Shown one piece after another: positions 35,278-41,684 of a stretch of DNA of 41,684 nucleotides (within the stretch, counting starts at the first letter, position 1; every line of letters begins with the position of its first letter). The notes below the pieces were generated by a model. The model searched no databases. It was not told where the DNA came from and worked only from the letters and a program-made list of their open reading frames with translations. The position numbers were made by a program, and so were the translations under genes. Origin of the DNA: a virus (taxonomy: Duplodnaviria; Caudoviricetes); the IMG/VR virus record IMGVR_UViG_3300048579_000062, positions 1 through 41,684 of that record; one strand, 5' to 3'.

Positions 35278-35628
35278 GTGAAGTTTTCGGTCATGCGGGC
35301 CTTGCAGCTTCCAGCTAAGAGGAAACGCCGATGGGAGAAGCGGTGCATCTGGTGTAACCGCTCTTGCGCCGTGCGGCATCACGCCCGCTTCAGTAAGCCA
35401 ACGCTCGCAACGCGCGAACACCTGATACCGCGTTCACTTGGTGGAGGTGGCGGACAGAACATCGTCATAGCCTGTCGTGCCTGCAATAGCGCACGGGGGA
35501 GCGATCTGCGGTGGATTCCGTGGAGCGAAGTTCCGCCCCCAAAGCTCCAGCCAGTTGCCTACGCCCGCATCGATGGGGATGTGGTCCCGGTCCGCGATTG
35601 GCGGTTAAAGAAAGGAGCCGTTTCGTGA
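35278..35628 (+). CDS. HNH endonuclease
   Basis: CIWC...TREHLIPRSLGG...NIVIACRACN; SD GGAGGAG. Confidence 0.88.
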   Translation: MKFSVMRALQLPAKRKRRWEKRCIWCNRSCAVRHHARFSKPTLATREHLIPRSLGGGGGQNIVIACRACNSARGSDLRWIPWSEVPPPKLQPVAYARIDGDVVPVRDWRLKKGAVS

Positions 35629-35915
35629 TGAACGTACACACAGGAGACCCGATTACTTCCTACGAAGCGGCGGCGGCGATTGAGCCAGTCCGCCACGCGC
35701 ACAAAGCGAAGGTGCTTGCAGCTCTAGCGCAGCACCCTGGCGCGATCGCATCGGAGTTAGCCGAGGTCGTGGGCTTTGACCCTGTGGAGACGCGGCGCCG
35801 GCTGACCGACCTGAAACTCGGGGGCCATGCCTACCAGGCGCACACGGGCGTAGGGCCATCGGGACGGCGCGAGATGAGGTGGTGGCCCCGTGAGACCCAG
35901 AAGGCGCTCCTGTGA
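35625..35915 (+). CDS. Winged-helix DNA-binding protein
   Basis: TGDPITSYEAA...ASELAEVVG...RRRLTDL; SD AAGGAG. Confidence 0.75.
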   Translation: MMNVHTGDPITSYEAAAAIEPVRHAHKAKVLAALAQHPGAIASELAEVVGFDPVETRRRLTDLKLGGHAYQAHTGVGPSGRREMRWWPRETQKALL

Positions 35916-36346
35916 CTGCCATCCTCGGAATTGACCCCGGCCAGACCGGGGCCATCGCATGGCTCCATGACGGGCAGTACGGCTTCGATCTGTACGACAT
36001 GCCCCCGAACCCCGCTGACCTTGCGGAACTGATTGGCAAGTGCGGTGACATCGAGATGGCCTACCTCGAAAAGGCCCAGGCGATGCCTAAGCAGGGCATC
36101 TCCTCAACGTTCAACTACGCGCTCGGATACGGCACGGTTATCGGCATCCTCGCAGCGCGGAGCATCCCCTACACGCTCGTTACCCCTTCGGTGTGGAAGC
36201 GGGCGCTTGGCCTCACAGGAAAGCCAAAGGACGCATCGAGGGCGTTGGCGCGGTCATGGTTCCCGCATGCCCCTTTGAGCCGCGTGAAGGACCACGGGCG
36301 GGCCGAGGCGCTGCTGATTGCCGAGTGGGGGAGGAGACACGGATGA
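35912..36346 (+). CDS. RuvC-like Holliday junction resolvase
   Basis: ILGIDPGQTGAIA, YLE, TPSVWK, DHGRAEALLIA. Confidence 0.9.
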   Translation: MTAILGIDPGQTGAIAWLHDGQYGFDLYDMPPNPADLAELIGKCGDIEMAYLEKAQAMPKQGISSTFNYALGYGTVIGILAARSIPYTLVTPSVWKRALGLTGKPKDASRALARSWFPHAPLSRVKDHGRAEALLIAEWGRRHG

Positions 36347-36576
36347 CTGAACGATTGAACTTCCTGTTGTCGCGGATGAACGCGGCTGAGCTTGGGGTGA
36401 TGCAGTACATCGCGGAGCGGTTGGACGCTGGCCGAGAGGTGTACGGGCCATTGAATCCCCAGGACGGGCGAGACTGGCGAAGCGAACGGCGGCAGGAGGT
36501 AGCGGACCTGCTGGTGTACTCGGGGATCATCTCCCTGAGCGCGACCGAGGTGTACCACGAGGGGGTGCCGAAATGA
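36343..36576 (+). CDS. Small all-alpha protein (NTP-pyrophosphatase-like pattern)
   Basis: G..VYGPL...RDW...QEVADLLVY; function tentative. Confidence 0.55.
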   Translation: MTERLNFLLSRMNAAELGVMQYIAERLDAGREVYGPLNPQDGRDWRSERRQEVADLLVYSGIISLSATEVYHEGVPK

Positions 36577-37067
36577 AGAGGTGTGGACATTCGAGGCGTT
36601 GTCAATGCCATTTCTGCTACTACTGCGACCTGATTCACCCCGGTGGTTGGTCGAAGAAGCGGGACCTTTTCGATGCCTTCCGCGAGGAAAACGAAAGGCT
36701 TTGTCAGCACATGCGCGAGGCGCATCCACTTCCTGAGCGAAGTAATGTCCGTGAGTGGAGGTGGCTGTATGCGCCGCCGAACTACCGCGTACTTCACCGC
36801 CTCAGTGTGATGACGTGGAACAGCGACGACGATCCAGACACCGGGGATTACGGCGTCCGTTGCTGCACCGGAGTTGCAATGTGTGGCTACGCGACGAAAG
36901 GTGACGGCGATCGAATACCTCCCGGCTGGTTCGCAATGCCGGGCATCTTCTCGCGGTTGGGCCTTCCTCGCTGCGCTAAATGCTGCGCGAAGGTCGGCCT
37001 GCCCAAGGGTCTCGGGACGCCTTGGAATGACAAGGAACTGCGAGCAGCAGGGAAGGGCGAACTATGA
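36573..37067 (+). CDS. Cys/His-rich hypothetical protein
   Basis: Coupled ORF, 164 aa. Confidence 0.7.
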   Translation: MKRCGHSRRCQCHFCYYCDLIHPGGWSKKRDLFDAFREENERLCQHMREAHPLPERSNVREWRWLYAPPNYRVLHRLSVMTWNSDDDPDTGDYGVRCCTGVAMCGYATKGDGDRIPPGWFAMPGIFSRLGLPRCAKCCAKVGLPKGLGTPWNDKELRAAGKGEL

Positions 37068-37399
37068 CCACGGAAGGCATGGACACCATGACCGACACAC
37101 AGCTCACCGCATGGGTAGCGGAGCAACAGCGTCTGAGTGCCCTCCTGACGGCCCAGAGAGAGCACAAGGCGAAGTACCCGGGCAACCCTGGCAACCCGCT
37201 TTCTATCCGCCGTGAGCAGCGTCACAAGAAGAAAGAGCCGTGCCAGCAGGCTGCGTTCAAGTGCGTCCATCGGTGGCGGCTGGAGGAATGCAACGGTTCT
37301 CCGGTCCTCATGGGGACGTGTCGCTACTGTGGGGCTACACGGGAGTTCCGGGCCTCGTACAACGAGGAGCCGGTGCCTATGCGGGGGCGGAAGCTGTGA
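37064..37399 (+). CDS. Hypothetical protein with C-terminal Zn finger
   Basis: CVHRW...GTCRYCG. Confidence 0.7.
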   Translation: MTTEGMDTMTDTQLTAWVAEQQRLSALLTAQREHKAKYPGNPGNPLSIRREQRHKKKEPCQQAAFKCVHRWRLEECNGSPVLMGTCRYCGATREFRASYNEEPVPMRGRKL

Positions 37400-38739
37400 A
37401 AGCCATTTCGCTTTTCTCCGGTGTTGGGGGATTCGACCTCGGCTTCGAGCGGGCCGGGATCGAGACGGTGCTTCAGGCAGAGCGTGACCCGCACTGCCTG
37501 AAAGTGTTGAAGCGGCACTGGCCGCAAGTGAGGAGGGTTACCGATGTCCGATGCGTGGGTGAAGGGTGGGCGGCACGGGTTCCCCACGGAGAGATGGGAG
37601 GAGCCGACAGTGGCCCCGACGCTCAACGACTTCGACACGAGCGAAGTGCGAACCAAGGTGCTGATCTCATCTTCGGAGGCTTCCCCTGTCAGGACCTCAG
37701 CGTGGCCGGCAAGCGGGCCGGTCTTGGGGGCGAGCGTAGCGGTCTCTGGTATGAGTTCCACCGGGTGCTGTCCGAACTGCGGCCACGATGGACGGTTATT
37801 GAGAATGTCCCCGGACTTTTATCCAGCAACGACGGACGCGATTTCGGAATCCTGCTCGACGGCCTGGGGGAACTCGGGTACGGCGTTTCGTGGGCGGTAT
37901 TGGACGCGCAATACTTCGGAGTCCCGCAACGCCGCCGGCGCGTGTTCATTGTCGGCTGTCTTGGAGACCGACTCAGTGCCCGCCAGGTACTTTCTGTCTG
38001 CGAGAGCTGCGGCGGGAATCCTGAGACGGGCAGAACGGCGGGGGAAAGAGTTGCCGCCACAATTAGGGGCCGCTCTGCAAGCCCTGGCGTCAACATGCCC
38101 GGACGGGGCGGAGAAGATGACGACAACCTGATCTTTGCGATCCAGGATGGCCGGGAGATCGAGAAGGACCAGAACGGGCTCGGCATCTCGCGGGACATCG
38201 CCTACACGCTGGATGGCACCGGGGCACAGGCCATCGCCAGCCCCCTGACGGCCTCAGCGGGGCACCACGGGCATTCCTCGCCGCGGGGCGATGGGAGTGA
38301 CAACCTGGTGCCGACCTTGGCGAAGGCGGTGTGGACGATGAGCGGCGGCATCGACCGCGAGGACATGCACACCCTCATTCCGTTTGACCACGACACGTAC
38401 ATCCCGGCCGTGGTGGCGTCGGTGACGGCGAAGTGGGCGAAGGGATCGGGCGGGCCAGCGGGTGACGAAATCCAAGACCTGGTGTACGCCCCTTCGACGC
38501 TCTCGACGCTCGCAGGCGGCGCTCACCCTGGCGGGCTGAACGGGCAAGAAGCCGAGAGTCAATCGGTGGTGATGCGGCAGGGCGTCCGCCGATTGACCCC
38601 CCTCGAATGCGAACGGCTCCAAGGCTTCCCGGACGGCTGGACGGAAGGCCAATCGGACAGCCACCGCTACCGGCAGATGGGGAACGCGGTGTGCGTACCG
38701 GTTGCCGAGTGGATCGGGCACAGGTTGATGGCCGTATGA
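37396..38739 (+). CDS. dcm: DNA cytosine-5 methyltransferase with multiple TRD-like repeats
   Basis: SLFSGVGG (I), GGFPCQ (IV), ENVPG (VI), QRRRRVF (VIII), RRLTPLECERLQGFP (IX), YRQMGNAV (X). Confidence 0.97.
   Translation: MKAISLFSGVGGFDLGFERAGIETVLQAERDPHCLKVLKRHWPQVRRVTDVRCVGEGWAARVPHGEMGGADSGPDAQRLRHERSANQGADLIFGGFPCQDLSVAGKRAGLGGERSGLWYEFHRVLSELRPRWTVIENVPGLLSSNDGRDFGILLDGLGELGYGVSWAVLDAQYFGVPQRRRRVFIVGCLGDRLSARQVLSVCESCGGNPETGRTAGERVAATIRGRSASPGVNMPGRGGEDDDNLIFAIQDGREIEKDQNGLGISRDIAYTLDGTGAQAIASPLTASAGHHGHSSPRGDGSDNLVPTLAKAVWTMSGGIDREDMHTLIPFDHDTYIPAVVASVTAKWAKGSGGPAGDEIQDLVYAPSTLSTLAGGAHPGGLNGQEAESQSVVMRQGVRRLTPLECERLQGFPDGWTEGQSDSHRYRQMGNAVCVPVAEWIGHRLMAV
37544..38131 (+). CDS. Nested alternative-frame polypeptide of the C5 MTase (M.EcoHK31I beta-like)
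   Basis: AGGAGG at 37531-37536, 7 nt before ATG; 195 aa; SLSAVLE...RYFLSARAAAGILRRAERRGKELP. Confidence 0.8.
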   Translation: MSDAWVKGGRHGFPTERWEEPTVAPTLNDFDTSEVRTKVLISSSEASPVRTSAWPASGPVLGASVAVSGMSSTGCCPNCGHDGRLLRMSPDFYPATTDAISESCSTAWGNSGTAFRGRYWTRNTSESRNAAGACSLSAVLETDSVPARYFLSARAAAGILRRAERRGKELPPQLGAALQALASTCPDGAEKMTTT

Positions 38740-39077
38740 ACCATCTTCTATGTAGTCGCTGTGGCGCCGTGGTAGAGCACCTGAACGCTCTTTTGGGGCA
38801 CTACCAGGAGGTGCATGGTGGGGTCCCGAAGCCTCGATTTTTTTGCCCTGATGGCTGCAACACTTCTGCAACGGGAACGCCAGAAGCGGCGACATTGGCG
38901 CAAGAGAAACTGTTCACCTGCGTACGCGAGTGCTATGATGTAGGGGCTACACACACATCAGGTTGGAGTGAACCAGTGCCCTCGTCTACCATTCGGAACC
39001 GGCCCCTGAGTACGCCCCGGTGTGTGTGTAGCAACTCACTCCAACTGGCGGAAAGGGGGCCTTTCTGTGGCTCGTAG
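38736..39077 (+). CDS. C2H2 zinc-finger protein; 3' part overlaps the rep leader
   Basis: CSRCGAVVEHLNALLGHYQEVH (C-x2-C-x12-H-x4-H); ATGA overlap with the MTase. Confidence 0.55.
   Translation: MNHLLCSRCGAVVEHLNALLGHYQEVHGGVPKPRFFCPDGCNTSATGTPEAATLAQEKLFTCVRECYDVGATHTSGWSEPVPSSTIRNRPLSTPRCVCSNSLQLAERGPFCGS
38931..38939 (+). promoter_or_regulatory. Extended -10 promoter for the replication operon
   Basis: TGcTATGAT; predicted +1 near 38946. Confidence 0.65.
38946..39065 (+). ncRNA. Structured 5' leader of the replication initiator
   Basis: Interleaved complementary pairs 38946-38959/39019-39032 and 38961-38971/39036-39046, plus an SD hairpin at 39051-39065. Confidence 0.6.
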
Positions 39078-39834
39078 CCGAATCCTTGATCCTGGCTTTT
39101 TCACCAATGAGGACTTGCTCGAACTGCCGCTTGAGGCGCGGGTTTTGTTCGCCGGCCTATGGTGCCTCGCGGACCGCGAAGGGCGTCTTGAAGATCGCCC
39201 GAAGCGCATCAAAATCGAGCTATTCCCAGGCGACAACTACGACGTTGACTTGCTCCTTCAGGCTCTCCTTAGCAGGGGTTTCATCCACCGCTACGCAGTA
39301 CCTGGGCATAACCTAATCCACGTTAGGAACTTCCTAAAGTACCAACGTTGCCATCCACGTGAGGCCCAAAGTGTATGGCCTGAATGCCCTTGCATGGCCG
39401 ATACGGAAAGCCTAGGTGATGCCAAGGATCAACCTAGGACAGACCTAGGTACCGCCAAGGTGTTCGGTTTAGGGTCTCCTAGGACTAAAGGGTCTCCTGA
39501 GGTCTCCGAGGATGAGGGCGCAGCCGCGCCCGCCAAACCACGCCTTCGGAAGATTGAACCCGAGGATGTCTCTCGCTGGGAGGGGGAGTATCCGGCTGTG
39601 GACATCCCGGCGATGGTAGCGGACTACCTGAACTGGTCTGGCTCCTCGAAGCACGTGGACAAAGTCCTGGGGTTCCAAAACCAACTCCGAGACCAGTGGC
39701 GGTTGGAGAAGTTCCGCAAGCAAGCCCCGACCGTCGGGCAGAACGTGATGGACATCCACAAGCGGAACAAGGAACTCGAGCGCATCGCCTGGGAGCGAAA
39801 AAACCCCGGCATCCCCTTCGAGGTGCCGTCATGA
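39067..39834 (+). CDS. Phage replication initiator/replisome organiser
   Basis: MARSRILDPGFFTNEDLLELPLEARVLFAGLWCLADREGRLEDRPKRIK; internal iterons; upstream of the DnaB-like gene. Confidence 0.88.
   Translation: MARSRILDPGFFTNEDLLELPLEARVLFAGLWCLADREGRLEDRPKRIKIELFPGDNYDVDLLLQALLSRGFIHRYAVPGHNLIHVRNFLKYQRCHPREAQSVWPECPCMADTESLGDAKDQPRTDLGTAKVFGLGSPRTKGSPEVSEDEGAAAPAKPRLRKIEPEDVSRWEGEYPAVDIPAMVADYLNWSGSSKHVDKVLGFQNQLRDQWRLEKFRKQAPTVGQNVMDIHKRNKELERIAWERKNPGIPFEVPS
39411..39509. repeat. Iteron cluster (probable replication origin)
   Basis: CCWAGG at 39411, 39422, 39433, 39444 and 39455 (exact 11-bp period) and at 39478; GGTCTCC at 39473, 39491 and 39501. Confidence 0.8.
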
Positions 39835-41186
39835 CCGTGGATACTGCCCCGGCTTTCTGGGACAAGGAGGCTGAAGCCGCCGTCATCGCTGCTTGCCTGC
39901 GGTATCAGGACGCGACTGCGGATGCACTGGCGATGGGCCTGAAGCCGGACCACTTCTCGAGCGGCAACAGTGACATCTTTTCCGCGATCGTCGCGGTGGC
40001 GCAGACGGATGATCCGGTAACTCAGGTGACCGTGGCCTACCATCTCGCTCGAGAGAACAAGCTCGAGTTTGCCGGCGGGCAGACCGCGCTGGCAGACATG
40101 ATCCGCTCGAGTCCTGGGACCGCGAAGGACATCGCGTTCTACGGCCAGATGGTGCGTGAGCGTGCGTTAGTGCGCCGGGAGTACCAGCGGGCGTGGAACT
40201 ACTGCCAGTCGTTGCTCGAGCAAGGCGCGGACGTGGAACGGGTGATGAACCATTACCACGAGCAGGTGTTGACCGACGCGACGGCAGACATCCGGCAAGA
40301 TGGACCGCGCAGCGTTGGGGAAATCCTCGAGGGTGGCGAGTTTGAAGCCCTCGAGGAGTGGATGAAGAACCCCAACGCCATTGTTGGGCCGCGCTCGGGT
40401 TCGGCAGACCTGGACCGGATGATCGGCGGGCTGGCGCCGGGGCGCATCTTCGCTATTGGCGCATCCACCTCAGCCGGCAAGACGCAGTACATCCAGCACA
40501 TCGCCCGGTTCGCGGCCATCGGTGGGCACCCCACGCTCGTCCTGAGCACAGAGATGAGTTACGGCGAAAGCATCCGCCGCTGGGTATTTCAGGAGGCCGG
40601 GTTCGACCGCATTGGAGCGACGATCACCGCCGATAAAGCTCGAGAGTTGCGCCGGTCGGTGGCAGACCTCGCTGAGCGACCGATCTGGGTATGGGAGATG
40701 GGTGGGTTCGACCTTCCGAGGGTGGCGGCGACCGTGCGGCGTATGAAAGCGCGGCACAAGATCAGGCTCGTGCTCCTGGACCTCCTGAACGGGTTGGACA
40801 TGGGCGCGGAGAAAGGCGAGAACACCGCCCAGGCGATTGCTCGAGCCATGCAAGGCATTAAAGCCCTCGCGGTCTCCGAGCAGGTACACATCATGTTCAC
40901 GGCCCACATCAACCGCATGGGCATGCAGAAGCTCGAGATGCTGGGCCTTAACGACTTCCGTGATTCCGGGGCGATCGAGCAGTGGTCTGACCAGGCAATG
41001 ATGCTCATGCCGGTAGACGACAACGGGCAGGTGGTCTCGAGAGAAGCGGCGGCTGCCAGCGGGCAATCTCGAGGTTACGTGCGGGTGATGGGGAACCTCT
41101 GCAAGAACCGGCACGGCTCCCTGGGAACGGTATTCATGCGCCTGAATTGGGACATGGGCGGGAGATGGACGGAAGACGGTGATTAG
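39831..41186 (+). CDS. dnaB: DnaB-like replicative helicase
   Basis: N-terminal EAEAAVIAACL, Walker A GASTSAGKT, STEMS, FRDSGAIEQ, KNRHG. Confidence 0.93.
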   Translation: MTVDTAPAFWDKEAEAAVIAACLRYQDATADALAMGLKPDHFSSGNSDIFSAIVAVAQTDDPVTQVTVAYHLARENKLEFAGGQTALADMIRSSPGTAKDIAFYGQMVRERALVRREYQRAWNYCQSLLEQGADVERVMNHYHEQVLTDATADIRQDGPRSVGEILEGGEFEALEEWMKNPNAIVGPRSGSADLDRMIGGLAPGRIFAIGASTSAGKTQYIQHIARFAAIGGHPTLVLSTEMSYGESIRRWVFQEAGFDRIGATITADKARELRRSVADLAERPIWVWEMGGFDLPRVAATVRRMKARHKIRLVLLDLLNGLDMGAEKGENTAQAIARAMQGIKALAVSEQVHIMFTAHINRMGMQKLEMLGLNDFRDSGAIEQWSDQAMMLMPVDDNGQVVSREAAAASGQSRGYVRVMGNLCKNRHGSLGTVFMRLNWDMGGRWTEDGD

Positions 41187-41355
41187 CAAGGAGACGCAGG
41201 CGCTGATCATCTGTGTGCTCCTGCAGCACGAAGAGCACGGCGGCGATTATCTCGAGTGCCGCGCGGACTTCTGCGAACGGACTCGAGCTGACTTGGGGAA
41301 CCTGATCCTGATGGAAGCACGCCTCGAGGCGTTGCTCCGCGCGGAGGCGGCATGA
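41179..41355 (+). CDS. Hypothetical protein, 58 aa
   Basis: GTG start overlapping the dnaB end; ATGA overlap with the next gene. Confidence 0.6.
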   Translation: MISKETQALIICVLLQHEEHGGDYLECRADFCERTRADLGNLILMEARLEALLRAEAA

Positions 41356-41570
41356 GACGGCCGAACGCAGAGATACACAAGGTCACGGGGCTGGTGGACC
41401 TGATCCGCTTCTTCGAAGCCGGCGGGTGTACCGACGCCCCTACCCTGGTAGAGCGGTACGGGCTGGACCTGCGGACGGCGGAACGCTGGCTGGAGGATGT
41501 GCAGCGATGGGTTCCGCTGGATCGGAAGCGCACGGGGTACCGCTACACGTATCGGAGGATGCAGATATGA
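41352..41570 (+). CDS. Stand-alone winged-HTH protein
   Basis: DAPTLVERYGLDLRTAERWLEDV...YRY; SD GGAGG. Confidence 0.75.
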   Translation: MRRPNAEIHKVTGLVDLIRFFEAGGCTDAPTLVERYGLDLRTAERWLEDVQRWVPLDRKRTGYRYTYRRMQI

Positions 41571-41684
41571 GGCCGGTTTCCAAGAAGAGAGCAGCCGAGA
41601 ACCGGAGGCGGCGGGCGTTGATTGCGAGGATGCAAGAGGATGGCCGCCCGAGTTGTGTGAACTGCGGTGCGCCGGCTGAGGATC
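41558..41684. repeat. Terminal overlap, copy 2
   Basis: Identical to 1-127. Confidence 0.97.

Noticed and set aside
35202-35320. Stop-codon readthrough of ssb stimulated by the pseudoknot 8 nt downstream
   Set aside because: The readthrough frame stops after about 37 codons, is out of frame with the HNH gene, and would bury the SSB acidic tip.
41558-41684. 127-bp terminal repeat as a biological direct terminal repeat
   Set aside because: The length equals a common assembler k-mer and the repeat cuts through coupled genes. It shows circularity or permutation, not physical ends.

Overview
The window is a complete, circularly assembled genome of a GC-rich tailed dsDNA phage: bases 1-127 are repeated exactly at 41558-41684, giving a unit length of 41557 bp. 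Nearly all genes are on the + strand and are tightly coupled by ATGA/GTGA overlaps. Order: small accessory genes and HNH (10-2542); terminase small and large subunits, a Com-like Zn finger and the portal (2422-6266); two large probable ejection proteins (6597-13883); a second Com-like gene, scaffold, major capsid and head/tail proteins (14076-24590); a secreted dockerin-like protein and a lysis region with a GH25 muramidase, holin candidates and an SLT-like protein (24772-28335); a leftward SNF2-like helicase plus amino-methyltransferase pair (28457-30699); and an early/replication arm with an RHH regulator, Rad52-like annealase, two SSBs, HNH, RuvC-like resolvase, C5 methyltransferase, replication initiator and DnaB-like helicase. 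I see no tape measure or tail tube gene (so podovirus-like), and no integrase, CI-like repressor, tRNA or CRISPR array. A monoderm, peptidoglycan-containing host, possibly Chloroflexota, is inferred but not shown. The most notable observations are: (1) structured RNA leaders at key control points, namely a two-helix pseudoknot/switch with a leader peptide before the replication initiator, a terminator-containing leader beside a Com-like gene before the capsid operon, and stem-loops whose loops pair with downstream SD-like purine runs; (2) a C5 methyltransferase with a nested alternative-frame subunit that has its own SD and an extra TRD-like module; (3) dockerin-like motifs in both a tail protein and a secreted protein. 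All calls come from reading the sequence by eye; no searches or folding programs were run.
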